From contig JAUFOQ010000006.1 of the NCBI GenBank assembly GCA_040285855.1, positions 1,550,001-1,614,000 of the forward strand: a stretch of DNA of 64,000 nt. Direction: 5' to 3'. The notes below the pieces were generated by a model, which made no database searches, was not told the DNA's origin, and saw nothing but the letters and a program-made list of their open reading frames with translations. Both the position numbers and the translations under genes were made by a program. Origin of the DNA: Eukaryota sp. GEM-RC1. Its lineage: Eukaryota. Each line of letters begins with the position of its first letter. Positions within the stretch are counted from its first letter, which is position 1. Positions 28,321-42,247 of this stretch are shown piece after piece.

Positions 28321-30304
28321 TTAATTAATTGTACTTTTTGACAAACACTGACCCAGAGTGTGGCAAGTCACTGATAACTGAAGTTCAAACAAATATTGTT
28401 TTCAATAATTGCAATAATTTACTGTCCGAAAATTTGGACCATCAACAGGGCTCCTCATAAATAAATATACTTACCATCTATGTCGATTTATATATATTTT
28501 TGACACTTTTTCACGATCATGCAAATAAACAAAATAAAACAAAGTACAATGTACATGTATAAATAAATGATTTTTAGAGTTTTAAAAAATATAAATAAAT
28601 ATAAATAAAATGTCGGAAAGAGAACTTCATTGATGTACATAGTACATGAGTTAATTTAGTGCTCAAGGTTGTTGATTGACTTGAAACATGAAGTGCGAAA
28701 TACTCGAGCTCAGCCAAAAATCACAGTGGAGACATTGTGCCTCAAACTTTGCCATTTTAATGTCGAACCTAACCGACGCAGACGAGCCTTTACCTGTGTT
28801 CTAAGCCAATCCAACGACTATATCCGGGCATATGATCAATGAACGATTCTCATGTCGTCAATGATACTGGATATTGAACTAATGTAGAAGATCCACAGAT
28901 CTCTATGGAATGGCGACACAGTTAGAGCACTTATACGAAGCAGAAAATCAACTAACCTTTTTCGACAAGAAAGGGATGATCAAATAGATTGTGTAACGAT
29001 AGTGACTGAGAGAAACTGTACTAATAAAATATTTGGGTTTTATTTGGGTTTTATTACATGTATTTCACATTTATATTTTGGCACTTTTTAATGTTCAAAT
29101 TATTTTAAATTATCTTATGAGAGGGCCTGGGACGTCATACATAAAGACCTTCGTCCAGACAATCCACTCATTATTGCGGCGATTGAATTTGATTCCGTAC
29201 ATCCTCTGCTTTCGATGAAGTAGAAATTGTATTGATATTTGTTGATTTTTCTCACAATACGCCTACAGTACAATCAGTATATTTATTGTTCGATCACACA
29301 ATAAACAATACAGACAAGAATTATTGCCTTACATTTGTATTGTCCTTAAAGAATGGGGTAGGGTAAATGAGTCTAGGTCCCTTTTTTCTCATCAGTATTT
29401 CTCCCAATCTGTCCTTATATGCATTTTTATGCACGTTTTGAGTCCAAATGACGTTGAACCTTGTTGTGTTTGTTTCCAAATCGCAAGGATTTGTATCATC
29501 GTCATCTACACGCACCTTTCTTTCTTCTATCTGTTCTTGTAAACAAACCTCTTCCAGTCCTAATGGAACTCTACTGGATATTCCCTTACTTTACAATGTT
29601 TTATTAGATCTTGAGGTAGATAGACTATTAGACATCTCTCATAGTGCACAACCTGCTCCATCTACGTGTCAACCGACTGAGAGTGCTGTTGATAAACTGT
29701 CTTCTGGTTCTGGTGATTCTAATGTAGATGATCACTCTCCTCTTCTATTTGTTACCAACAGTCCTCATCGCTATTGGTGACGGAAGTAAGAATATGTGAC
29801 TGACCTCTGATCTATGACTGACTGTCTTTGTATTTTGTTGCTTTATGCCTGAAGTTCTTATACTCATCTTACACGTACTGTTCATGACCTTCGGCTAGTT
29901 CTAGATCTGTTTTCAAAAAAAAGTGTTGTTTTCAATTCTTGCTTCTGGTCATGTTCATTCATTGAACAGAAATGTTCTCTGGACGTTTTTTCTTGAAGAA
30001 AAGTTTTCCTCTTAAATTCATGGTTTGATTTTTTTACTTTAAAGTCTACAATGAATGGTTTTTACTGTAATTAGAATACTTGTAGTATAGTACATATTCA
30101 GCTATTTATGAACAGGTCCTCCTATTGCTATCAGTTTGTGTATTAGACTCTAAGTTAGGAAAACAACGATTTCATTAGTTATAACATTGTTGCACACTGA
30201 GTAGAAGACCCTTCTGGAAATATTTGAAATACGAATCTATCCGGAATTAGTATTTGGAGTGTATTTATCCATTTCTCTTTCATACAGAGTGTTGTACAGT
30301 CACT

Positions 30305-31299
30305 TACTCTAATTAACCTAATACTAGCCCTTCCCTAATACTAGCCACGAAGGTGCAGGCTAGTAAAATGCCTAATACTAGCCCCCCCTTTCTGAAGTAG
30401 TTTAATGGTTCTAGATTTGAGTGTGATTTATACAGTTTTCTGTCTTGTATTGTTCATCACTTTTGCAAGGCAGTTTTGAACGGGCGTGTAACGAATGGAT
30501 GGAATGTCAACGAATTGTGTTCCCAAACAAAGTAACAAATGACACCTTTGACAACAACGAAGGCGAACCTAATGACGTATCAGATCAAGATCAACAAGAT
30601 ACATTAAGAAACTGAAACTAATGGTGTACTAGTAGTTCTAGTATTTGTGTTTATTTTAGTGTTTTTGTTCTATAAAATCCTATAAGTTAAAAATGGTGTA
30701 CTTGTTAGTTTTGTTACACAACCCAAAAGATAGTCTAATACTAGGGAGAATATTCTTGTAGTGAGACTGATTTGGCACAACTGATGAAGGGCTAAACAGT
30801 CCTCATTACCCTGAGTTATAGAAACACACCAATGATCGTCATCATACATTTACAAAATATTTTTTGACTCCTCATCTTGTAGTAAGCAAGCTTTCTCTCT
30901 TAATGTTTGCCACGTGGAACATGTATATGGTCTGATTAACAGTTCTCACTTTTTAACTACATGCGTCGTTGAAAACGTGTATTCTTGGGAAACTGAACAG
31001 AATGAAATACACGGGAAGTGTAACTGATAACTGTGTAGAACTAAAGCAGATGAGAGAAAGAAACATCTTTTTATTACTGTACATTCTATCACAGAAATTG
31101 TATGTTAGCAGTGGTTTGCTTGATCATAAGAAGCACTAGGTGACAGGTAGTTGTTGATATGAAACAATTACTAGCCCTTCCCTAATACTAGCCTCGCCAT
31201 TACTAGCCCTGCCCTATTACTAGCCTTTCCCTAATACAAGCCCAGGCGGGGTAGGCTAGTAACGGTTTTGCACAGGCTAGTAATAGGTAAATTAGAGTA
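30305..31299. mobile_element. Non-autonomous TIR element (MITE-like)
   Basis: Imperfect ~25-bp TIR TACTCTAATTAACCTAATACTAGCC / GGCTAGTAATAGGTAAATTAGAGTA, with CCTAATACTAGCC repeats clustered at both ends. Confidence 0.7.
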
Positions 31300-31490
31300 C
31301 TACAGTGTGTGTTTTTCATAAAACATACAGTTCGATTTAAAAAAGTGTTTTAAGAAAGTCCACCAAAGTTGAGCTATTTTAGTGGTGTGATTGAAATGTC
31401 CAGTTTGATATTGCTGCATTGTGTGAATTAAGAATTCATGAAAAATGGTTTGGAAAATCCAAAAATACTCTCCTTCCTACTTCTTTCTGA

Positions 31491-33426
31491 ATGCCGCCGT
31501 CTACTCCATCAGATCGAATCAAACGAGTAGGCAACTATTCTCTCGGTAGCGTTATAGGTGAAGGTACATTCGGAAAGGTACGCAAAGCCACCCACATACC
31601 GACCTCCGCTAAGGTAGCCATGAAAGTTTTGGAAAAGTCCAAGATTCATGACAATGCTGATATCGAACGTATCACCCGTGAGATCCGTATCCTCCGTCTT
31701 CTCAATCATCCCAACCTTATACGACTACTCGAAGTTATTGATTCTCCGCGGCATCTCTATCTTGTGATGGAATATGCTTCCGGCGGTGAACTTTTGACTA
31801 CATCGTTGCACATACTCGACTGAAGGAAAAGGAAGCGTGTCGCTTCTTTCAGCAACTTGTTGATGGAGTTGACTACTGTCATCAGCACAAGGTTATCCAT
31901 CGTGACTTGGAAACCAGAGAATATTTTATTGGACTCGAAGAAGAACATCCGCATCATTGATTTTGGATTGTCAAACACAATGCGACAGGACAAGCTCCTA
32001 AAGACGGCATGTGGATCTCCCTGCTATGCATCTCCTGAAATGATTGCCGGTCATCGATATGAAGGACCAGCAACTGATATTTGGTCCATGGGAGTCATTC
32101 TGTTCGCTCTTATTTGTGGCTATCTTCCCTTTGAAGACCCTTCTACTCCTCAGCTGTACTCCAAAATCCTTTCTGGAAAGTTCACCATTCCTTCATTTCT
32201 ATCCAAGGAAGCGGCGAGTCTATTGAGGGGAATCCTAACTGTTGATCCAAACAGAAGATTCTCGATTGAGGATATCCGCCAACACCCATGGTACAGCTTC
32301 TATAAATCAAGGAACTCTCGAGTAGAAACTAACACCGCTGCCGGCGTATCAATTAATTACACCGTAGTGGATCAATTAGTACTTCTTGGATTTGATCGAG
32401 AATACGCCATCCAGTCCTTGAAGAAGAACAAACATAACTCTGTTACCGCCACGTATCATTTGCTCCACGACAAGCTGACCAATTCCCCAAATGGTACCAT
32501 TTCTCCCGCTGTTTTGCAGTCTCTGAGTCCGCCGGTCTCTGTCACTGACGACGAACCTAAACTCTCGAAACCAGGAAGCTCTCGTCGAGGAGGTTCCTCA
32601 AGGGGAAAAACATCCGAAGAGTCCACTTCAGAAGCTCGATGTGATCCCAGAGGAGGAAGCAGCTGTTGAAACTCTCAACCTCTCCAATATCAGTTCGACC
32701 TCCAACGGCTCCACTGATAGTCCTCTCCCTGATCCCGGACGTCGTTTCTCTTCTTTCTCTGACGGAGCTGACTACCTTATGGCTTATCGTCGTCCCTCAG
32801 GAGGCTCTGTTTCACGTGACTACTCTGCTCTTTCTACTTCTACTGACTACTATACTGCTTCAGTTTCTCCGGATAACAACTCTCATCGACGACGACACTC
32901 ATTGGCTCCTTCTGTGATGAATCAACACAAGAAGAGCAAAAGCGTTACCACCCCGCTCGCTGACACTTCCCCCGACTCATTTTCTCGCTATTCTGACCTT
33001 TTGGAAAACAAACCATCTCCTGATTCTGTAAAGGCTGTACGTGAATCACATACTCGTCGTGCTTCTATTGCCATTGACTCCAATTTCGTTACAAAGTCTG
33101 GATTCACAAACAAGCTGTATTCTGGCCAGCAACGAACGGAAATGAGGGTCCATAAAGGTCCTTTCAATAACCAAACTACGAGCTCTAAGAGTCCTTATGA
33201 AATAATGAACGATATCAAAACTTGTTTAAGCGATATTGGTATCTCTTTTAAGGAATCCAATGAGTTTTTATTGGAAGCTTCAACAAGAGGCATCAAGTTT
33301 GGTATTGAAATTAGGAAGCTGTATGGGTTTGATTCGTTGTATGTTGTAACTTATGGTCGTCTTTCGGGTGACACTTGGAGGTATAAGACCTTGTGTCAGG
33401 AAATCTCTGGTAAACTTACATTGTAG
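31491..33426 (+). CDS. SNF1/AMPK/MARK-family kinase with UBA and C-terminal KA1 domain; three 1-nt frame breaks (~31795, ~31909, ~32570-32610)
   Basis: GEGTFGKV, MEYASGGEL(F)DYIV, HRDL(K)PEN, DFGLSN, TACGSPCYASPE, HNSVTATYHLL, TTSSKSP..SGDTWRYK.LC. Confidence 0.9.
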
Positions 33427-33672
33427 ATATGATATATGTGATTATGATTTCCATTGTTGATTTTCCGCACTGTGTGTATTTTTTTGCATTATTAATAAAT
33501 TTTATTCTGATATTGCCAATACTTTGGAAAGAACGTTGTTGGTTTTGATTTACCGCATTAACTCCATGATTATTGCATCAATGTTCATTGAGCACGTAGT
33601 CTAGAGCAGCTAGGATTTAGCGTTACCGAATTAAAAGTAGAACTTGAAGTTGATTCAGTTGTCAAAATCTCA

Positions 33673-33996
33673 ATGTCTCTATCTGATCTTATCACATCGA
33701 ACAAGTTCTCAGAAGCACTTCAGCTCGCTATTTCTTCACTTCCTGATTCCGCGTCACTAGTGACGTTTCTTAGTTCTTTCAAGGAATCTTTCACCCCTTT
33801 GGTTGAACCACTTGATAATATTCAAGCAGACAAGCTGATGTCTGCACTAAGTACTGTTTTTGAAGGCGTAGGAAGTGGTTCGATCTCTCCTTCCATAGCT
33901 CCCAAGGCTTTCAGCCTTCATCGATCTCTAGTTGAAAAGTTTGGTATAGGTTGCATTCTGCGTAGTGTACATGCACAGGAGGAAGAAGCGTCGTAA
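33673..33996 (+). CDS. ARPC5: Arp2/3 complex subunit 5 (p16-Arc)
   Basis: LSSFK..LD..QAD.LM and H..LVEKFGIGCILR. Confidence 0.75.
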   Translation: MSLSDLITSNKFSEALQLAISSLPDSASLVTFLSSFKESFTPLVEPLDNIQADKLMSALSTVFEGVGSGSISPSIAPKAFSLHRSLVEKFGIGCILRSVHAQEEEAS

Positions 33997-34015
33997 CTTC
34001 AAAATAAATGTACAC

Positions 34016-34522
34016 TTATTTTATTGAAAATCTCGCACAATACTTGGTGAAATGATGTGAAGAGAACTGTGATTGTTTCGAAACCACACTGCTGATACGT
34101 ATCTGTCGTAGTGTTGAGTCTCTTCCCCCTTGAAGATTAGTTAAGAGAACTAATTGAAAAATAGATCCATCAATTCCAGCTCCAGCTGAAGCCTCTAAAA
34201 GAGAGATTGTAAACCATCCCGTATGGAGATCCAAATCGTCAACAATCATTATTTGACGTAACTCCGCTGGATGTTCACCAGCTCTAACAGCAATCTTTGT
34301 CGGCGAGTAACTGGCATCAGTCTCTGGTGACAAATAAATAGAAATACTAGATACAAAAAATCTCCGTGGAAGACAAAGATTGATGAAATGAGGAAGACTT
34401 CCATCAGATTGCCAGAAGGTAGACGTATCAGGATCAGTTAGATTAGTATGTACATGAGGATCTTTCACAGATGACACGGATATTGAAGTGAGATGAGTGA
34501 TGTCTCTTTCAGTTTCAAACAT
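34016..34522 (-). CDS. APC10: Anaphase-promoting complex subunit 10 (DOC domain)
   Basis: SVSSVK, TFWQSDGSLPHFI, DASYSP.KI.VRAG, NLQGGRDS.LRQIRI. Confidence 0.9.
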   Translation of the reverse strand: MFETERDITHLTSISVSSVKDPHVHTNLTDPDTSTFWQSDGSLPHFINLCLPRRFFVSSISIYLSPETDASYSPTKIAVRAGEHPAELRQIMIVDDLDLHTGWFTISLLEASAGAGIDGSIFQLVLLTNLQGGRDSTLRQIRISSVVSKQSQFSSHHFTKYCARFSIK

Positions 34523-34542
34523 TGCAAAACCAGAATCCGTTG

Positions 34543-35759
34543 ATGGCTCCGAAGCATGCCATTACACTTCGACCTTCTTTTTCTCTGCCAATAAGATGGA
34601 AATGTGTTCACAAGAACGTTATCTTTGATGTTCTATGTGCTAGACCCAATTGGGAACACTGCTCAAGTGATCCTGACGACTACACTGACTGTGATTTCGC
34701 TTGGGTTGACACTTCTTTTATCCGAAATCAGTTTGATGCTCTTGCATCTTCCCGTTCTTTCTACTGTAACCATTTTAGAAACTATTACGAACTAACACGA
34801 AAGGATCTTCTCATAAAGAATCTTAAACGAATGATCAAGGCATGTGAAAAATCCTCTGCTGCTGAAGCCCTGTCCTATCAATTCTTCCCCCCTACCTTTG
34901 TTCTGCCAACTGAGTATGCTTTATTTCTAGAGTGTTTCAGACAAAGTCAAGGTGTATGGATAATGAAACCCTGTGGAATGGCTCAAGGGAAAGGAATCTT
35001 TCTCATATCCACCCCTAAACAAGTTCTGGAATGGAAACGGACATTGACTAGTGAAAGCGAGAAGAACGCGTATATAGTCCAAAAGTACATTGAAAACCCT
35101 TTGTTGATTGGTGGTCGGAAGTTTGATCTCCGTATTTATGTTTTGGTGACGTCATATGCACCCTTAAACGTTTTCCTGTATCGTGAAGGGTTTGCTCGTT
35201 TTTCTTCTTCCCAATTCTCAATGTCTTCGGAAGATATTTCAAATCATTACGTTCACCTCACTAACGTTGCGATTCAAAAGACACTCAAAAAGATGGCTCG
35301 TCCGATACATCTTTTCACTCGCTCAAGTGGTCTGTGCAATCACTTTTTCAGTACCTTTCTGCGTGCCATGGAAAACACGCAGATTACTGTTTTCAAGCAA
35401 TACAACAAATTGTTGTTCGGTCTTTACTCTCTGTCCAGAGAACAATCATTCAAGATGCTTTCTGCTATGAGCTATATGGATATGATGTTTTGATCGATGA
35501 TACTCTTACTCCATGGCTGATTGAGGTCAATGCGTCACCGTCGTTATCGGCAAGTGATGACGATGACTATCAGTTGAAGAAACGATTGCTTGATGACGTG
35601 ATTAATGTTCTTGATCCTGAAAATAGATTCCCACCTCAATCTGTTCGTGTTGGTGGCTTTCAACAGTTGGTTCAAGGGGGAATTGTCTATGGTGATATCA
35701 TTCTCGGTGCAAGTAACAAAGACCGAGATGAGCAGCTACGTCGTTTGTTAGAAAAGTAG
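34543..35759 (+). CDS. Tubulin polyglutamylase, TTLL9/TTLL1-like; one -1 frame break near 35280
   Basis: NHF.NYYELTRKD, WIMKP..AQGKGIFL, KFDLRIYVLV, HLTNVAIQK, YELYGYD, PWLIEVNASPS. First ATG at 34543. Confidence 0.9.
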
Positions 35760-36154
35760 TGGGTTATTTGCAAAAAATTGGATCTAGTTCTACTGATTTT
35801 TGACGAAATTTCGGTATGAGATTCTACCTAGAATTGGTGCAGAGCTGAAGAATGTGGTGTTCGAATCAGATGTATCATCTGAATTAACCTTAAATTTAGC
35901 TCTTGAAGATGACTCAATTTACCTTTATTATGTTGTTATGTACATTGCCAAGACAATTTGTTTTCACCAGGATGTGTCACCCCTTTTCGAAGTCATCACT
36001 GTTTTTTTTTTGAAGAAAGCTCAGGACATTCAAAATTTGATTCTTCTGTGTTAAACCAAATTATAAAAATATAAATGAAATTAACCAGATGCGGTCTCAA
36101 AAATTAATAAATAGTATATTCTCAGAGAACTATAATACAGGTAAAATTTTAAAA

Positions 36155-39100
36155 CTACAACCCAACTGCATCTAAATAACGTGCAATCAGTTCAACACCC
36201 TCAACAACATCCCTATTTAGCATTGACAAAACTAAAAAGATAGTCTCTTCACCATCTGTTAACTTTGGAAACCATTCTTCTAAATACAAATAGATATTCA
36301 CTAGCTAATAAAAGTACTAGTACAATAAAAATAAAATGAATAATATTTGAATTAGAACTGTTGACAGACAACGCAGTATCTCTAAAAACCTCTAATGACT
36401 CATACAGCAAAGTCATCAACACGTCACCTTCCCTTAAGAATTGGAGGAAATCAGGTTCATTAGGGAGAACTGCAGTCTGCTTAGTAGCAAGTCTAGAAGC
36501 AGTATCAACAAAACCAGCTAAGTTGACGTGTAATCCAGACTCAAATAAGGTGGTGTTAGAAGTGAAACCAGTAGAAAACAAAAGAGAATCTTGATCTTGA
36601 TGTGTTCCAATACTTCCTCTGGTGTTGGAATCTCCAAACAAAAGTCTATAATGAACTTGCAACAATTGTTCAGCATCTCGAAGAACAATTAAAGATTGAC
36701 TTGCTGGATCTTCAGAATCTACTAATAAAGTAGTGGAAGCGGAAAGTCCTCTTGCAAGTAAAAGTCTAGATGAAGCTAAATGAATATAATCTAGTCTTGG
36801 TACTGACTGAAGCGTGGCAGTGGAAGCAAACGTATAAAAACTTAAAACTCCAACAGCTAAGATTAATAAAGAAATAGTATAATTACGAGTAATACTAATT
36901 GCATTGTCAAACTTAATTACCTGTCGAACATGTGATGCTTGTTTTCTCTTAGAGTAAAAAGTTTCAAAGAGCTGGTAAATGGAATATGAAACCACAATCA
37001 TAGTACCAACAATTACTGTAAAACAAAGACCGAAAATGAATCGAAAAGAAGATGTTAAGTCTTTCTGGACATTGGAACTTTCGGAAGAGAAGAAATCAAA
37101 TAATTCACTGAATAAATCATCTCGAATCACTTCTAACTCTATATAAACAGGAGAAGTCAATATAGATCTAGCAAGAAGTCGTTGTTCATCAAAATTTAAA
37201 TTAAGATCACTGACGTCATCAGAGTAGAAGGTACTCCAATCAAAATATCCAAAATTAGTAATCAACTCGTGATAATTGTCCTGTTGAGAGAGGTTCCATG
37301 TTCTATCCATTGGAACAAGGACTTCAGGTATTTGATAACCTCGTGCTGCAATAGTCATTGCAATTAATTCAACTTCTCTCAAAGCTAGAATGGACTTTGT
37401 AAGATTAGGTAATCGTGCAGATATTTGAGAGGCAAATGGAGAAACTTGAGGATGGTCTAGATTAATTATAGACTCGACATTGGCAGCAACTTGATCAATA
37501 AAACCAGTTAGACCGATGTGGTGGTTGTAATAGTTTAAATCTCCATTTTGAACAAAAGATAATGAATAAGCTTTAAATTCTTCTTGAGATTCACTCAAAT
37601 CTGATAGGTTTCGCGTGAGCTCTACCAATTGCTCTCGACCTTCATTGTAAGAATCATATTCACGATCTATAAGAACAGAAGAAAGAAATACCGTTAAACA
37701 AAGGATAAATACAACGCCAATCAAAACTAAAAACATAATAAAATGTTTTGAAGAAACACTAGATTTGCGAAGTAAAAAAGATAATCCAATGGTGACAAGA
37801 GCAAATACAGCAACGACAATGGGTATGAATATTAAAATATCTGTAAGCAAATCTCCTTCCTCAAAAATTGCATTAGATCTTCTTTCAAAAGTATCTAAAA
37901 TATTGGTAGAAAACTGCCTTAAAGAGTCCAATCGTTGACTGTTAATGACATAGAATCTTCTGTTAGAGACAATATGTCTTGCAAGTAACACCAGTTCCTC
38001 ACGAGGTTTTTGAGAATCCTTTTCAAGAGAAGAATACCAAATACCTAACTCCCTGTAATTGACGTCGTCAACAACAAAAGAACTTTCTTGAGTAATGTCA
38101 TAAGTAAATCCAGCAACTTCAGGAACGTCATAGTCAGATAGATTATAAGCCAACTGGGTGAGTTTTAGAGCTATTAATTCAATATATCGAACTCGAGCAT
38201 TGACTCTAGTATTTTCACTTAAAAGACGGATAGATTCAGTAGGCATTTCAATTGTGCGCAAAGCTGAAATAGCATAATCTCTAGCTGTTGATTGTCTTGC
38301 AGAGATGTATTCATGGTAAAACTTGAGGTTTCCTGTAGAGGCAAAAGAGAGGAGAATCGTAGAAGTTCTGGTAACGTGATCGAAAAGAGTATTAGAATTG
38401 TCTATAATCTCAACAACTTCGTTACTTCGATCAGTCATATGAGAAACGTCATCGTTGATTGAATTCAATAGAAACAATCCCCCGCCTAGTACAAGAACAG
38501 AAACGATTAATAAACCAATAACCAAAAAGAATAAACGTGATGAAGCTCCCATTACTTCAGGAATCTTTGCAGATTCTGAACCTAAACATTCGGAATTTGT
38601 GCCTTCACAAACGTGAACAACATCATCAGCGTCTGAAGAAGAATCAATTTCTGAAATTCTAGCAACGCTATCAGTAACGTTAAAGGATTGTGGCTGTTTC
38701 ATTACTACAGTTTCACTAAACTTTGTGTGGTTGAGCATATCCTGAATACTCTTCTTTGGAACAAATAGAAATAAATTAAAAACTTCCAACTGACGAAGTG
38801 AGATTTCCTTTACAGTGGTACCAAACAAAAACTTAGCAATTAGAAATATTAAAGACAAGTTAAGTATAACCCCCAAAATATCAGAAACAATCGTCATAGT
38901 AACGGCATCTTCAGATTCATTCTTAACAGCATCTAATAAACGAATACTTCCGTCAGTAATTACCCCTCTATTAGACACAAGAAATGAGAGAATTGATGGT
39001 CCTCTGGAAATATCAGAAGTATTACGAGCATATTCAAAGGCTTTTCTACAATAGTCCATTCCAAGCTGAGTAAGTGAAACTAGAACAATTTGAGGAACTG

Positions 39101-41599
39101 GAGGGAAAACGTCTGATTCTTGTCTTGTTGGAATAACAGGATCTCGAACTAAACGGAGAGTTTGATCAGTTGAAAGAGCGGAAATAGCAACAGGAACGCC
39201 ACCTACGCAAGTAAAATCACCTACATTAGGAGAAACTCGAGCTCCAACTAAGAGACGACGTAAATGGAAAAGTGCATGTTCAGCTTCAGAAATCACGCGA
39301 TTTCTGAAGACTTCTGAAGAATGATGGAGCTGATTACCATCGAGAGAACTAGCAAGAAAGAGAGATGAAACAGCAAGATCTTCAGTGGAAGAACCAAAAT
39401 GTCCAGATTCAAACATTATTGAATATTGATTTCGAAGATCCTGTGATCCTCCACTAATTAAAACATAAGAAATCACGCATAGAATCAACAACACTGTTAA
39501 TGAAACATGTACGGAAATTTTTAATTTTTGAGCAACTGATTGATTGCTATCAGAACCGTTCTTACTACTAGTTAAACCCAATAGAAAGCTCTTTGTTTTT
39601 CTCTTTCTACGACGTCTATTCTTTTGGATAGATGATTTACCAGTGAAATGGCTTCCTTTTGAAGAGGTACCATCACCATTACTACTTCTACCATCACTTG
39701 AACCCATTTCAACTTGAGTTTGTAACTGTAACGCGAGTTCTTCATCAAGACAAACTTCACTGGCAAAGTTAGAGTAAGCAGTGAGAACTTCTTTATCCCC
39801 AGGATGATCATTCAAGAGCTTGTTAAATGAAGATTCAGCTTCGCTCTTAGTAGCATAGATTTTCTCAGTTAACTGTGGTAGAAGAGAAAGATTTGGCTCC
39901 TTTGCAAGTAAAATAGACCAAAAAGCAGCTAAATAATCAAGACAATCACGATGAAGGTCAACTGCCGTTTTTAATCGTCTTTGAAGTAAAAGAAACAATG
40001 ACGAGTCCAATGACTGGCCAGTTGATTGTTCTCTTCTTAAATTTTCAGCTAACTGTTTGTAGAAAGAAATGAAATAATTAAAATCAAATCGCATTTCCAA
40101 TTCCATGTTAATCACAGAAGCACATAAAGAAAGCGCTGAAATAGGATCCTTAATAATTCCAATATCAAATGAACATTTTAATAAATGAGAAACGGGATGA
40201 GTTGGCCATTTAGAGACACAAAACTCAACGATTTCACGACCAATTGGTTGCGTGATTTCATTATTATAAAAGATCAAAAATCTTGAGAAGAGCTCACCCT
40301 TGATTGGACAGGTGACGTGCTTCACGAGTAGCTCAGAAAGAGTCTCACCTTCATCTTGACTGTCTTTACCATCGTCCGAAGAAACGTTATCGAAATCAAA
40401 CTTATCTGTGGAAAAGTAGAGGTCAGGTCCTTTGCTTTGGAACGTGTTGATTGAGTTCCGCCTAATGAAAACTTAAACCAAAGAAATTTCTTGGTGTAAT
40501 TGACTGTATGATCTTGGGATAAATTCTGTAATCGCAGAGCTTGTGGGAAAAAGAAAGCTATACATGAATATCTAAATTTCACGTAATATTTTACAAACAC
40601 TCCAACAGCAAGAGGAACAATATAAATAATCAAGGTAATAACCCATGAGCCATACTGCAAATTAACAAGGGAAATGAATAGCCAAATAACAGAAACTGTA
40701 GCAGTAAATGCAGAAATAAAGGCCACAAACTCATTAGTTTTACGCTTATAAAAAGGAATCCACTTGACAACGTAATAACAAAGAAAAATACAACAAACGG
40801 GATAAGTTAGAGTAAAAACCAAAAATAAATGATCGAAAACAGTTAGAAGAAAAGCTAAAAGTATTTTGATTCCCAGCATGACAACCTTAAAGTCTCTATT
40901 CAAGCAACTGAAAACACGCTTAGAATTAGGAGACACATCAACTAAGACAAGTTCACGTAAAAGAACGAAACTTGACAGAGCCAACCATGAGAGAAACATA
41001 ACTGTCTTGATAAACACTGACTGCGCGGACCAACAAGAAGAAACAGCGATCGAAAAGTAAGGAGAGTCGTCGGAACAGTTGAACCAAGTGAAAGCTGTAA
41101 TGGTAAGAGGAAGGAACAAGAACGAAGACACGAACTCAAGGAGAACCTTGAAGCAGTACAAGAGAGGTTTGGACTGGTGATTTTCCATGGCAAGATAGCC
41201 ACCTAAACCCATGGAAGCACCAAGAAGAATAGGAATACCAACTATAAAGATGGAGAGAACAGAATGAGAAAAGACAGAGAAGTACGCATCGTCATAGCCC
41301 GAGAAAGCGAGAAGTTGGAGAAAGTGGCGAGTATCAAGATCATCGTGAATGTAAGGGAAATGCCGGTTGATAACAAGAGCTATTAATTCTGTGATGAGAT
41401 CGTACACGCAACACACGTATGAACTCAACAACGAGAAGTAGCAACGCAATAAAGTTGTACCTGGGAAGCTTCTGCAGGTTCTGAAAGAGAGTGAAAGTAG
41501 CTCTTCGGTATCTAAGATGAGAGGATCGATGTGGTGAGCAAACTTATTTCCACTCAGTGCAACTCCAAGAGACTGTGCAGATTGATTCTGAGAAGACAT
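36155..41599 (-). CDS. Large polytopic membrane protein, TmcB/TmcC-like (N-terminal TM bundle, TPR-like region, repeated TM-flanked extracellular domains); copy A
   Basis: Multiple TM runs and a FWSILL..AESSFNKLL..HP...L.AY..F..EV segment. Frame breaks near 40460 and 36265. The C-terminus IARYLDAVGL* ends at 36155 by comparison with copy B. Confidence 0.7.
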
Positions 41600-42247
41600 T
41601 GGTGATCACAGTGAGTGTTCTGACTATATGACACTGCTAAGGTGTTGAGCTATAAAATGAGGTTTTTATCTGGGTCAACAATCGCCTCAATGCTTTTCCT
41701 TTTCATAAGTTCCAAGGTGGATGCAAAATGACACATGTTTACCAACCGACATCAAGGTTCGATACATCTAAATCATTAACATAACTCAGCCCTCTTTAGA
41801 TGGGTTGGTGACATTCCTCGTTATTCCGGATCAACAACAAGAACGACGAGTCTCTTTTGACTCATTCATCCAATACTATCAGCCATAGTGTGTGAGTTAA
41901 TCAAACATTCGAATGAAAGAATGTAATGACAAGAAATGTCATTAAGCTAATATGACCTGGTACGAGGTAATCTTCTGTGAAATATGACACATATTCAGAA
42001 ACTGAAAGTGTTATTGTTGTGATCTTTGTAAATGAAAGAAAATTAAAGACCCCAATTCCATTTACACCAACACAACTGATCAAGAGGAAGACGATAAACT
42101 ATCTGAGTATATGGTCTAGGTTATAAATGTATCGTTCATCCAATAACTTGACGTTAATGATACAAAAAGGAAATTGTTGAATTCGTGAAGTGTTGATTAA
42201 GCAAGTGTCTCAACTCGTGCCCTGAACCTATTTTTGTCGACAGACTC

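Noticed and set aside
28446..29129. Possible hAT-like TIR pair (CAGGGCTCCTCATAA / TTATGAGAGGGCCTG)
   Set aside because: The TIRs are imperfect and there is no convincing TSD.
5929..35759. Calling BEACH, the SNF1-like kinase and TTLL pseudogenes or split genes
   Set aside because: Motifs are intact with no nonsense decay; only 1-nt indels in homopolymer contexts.
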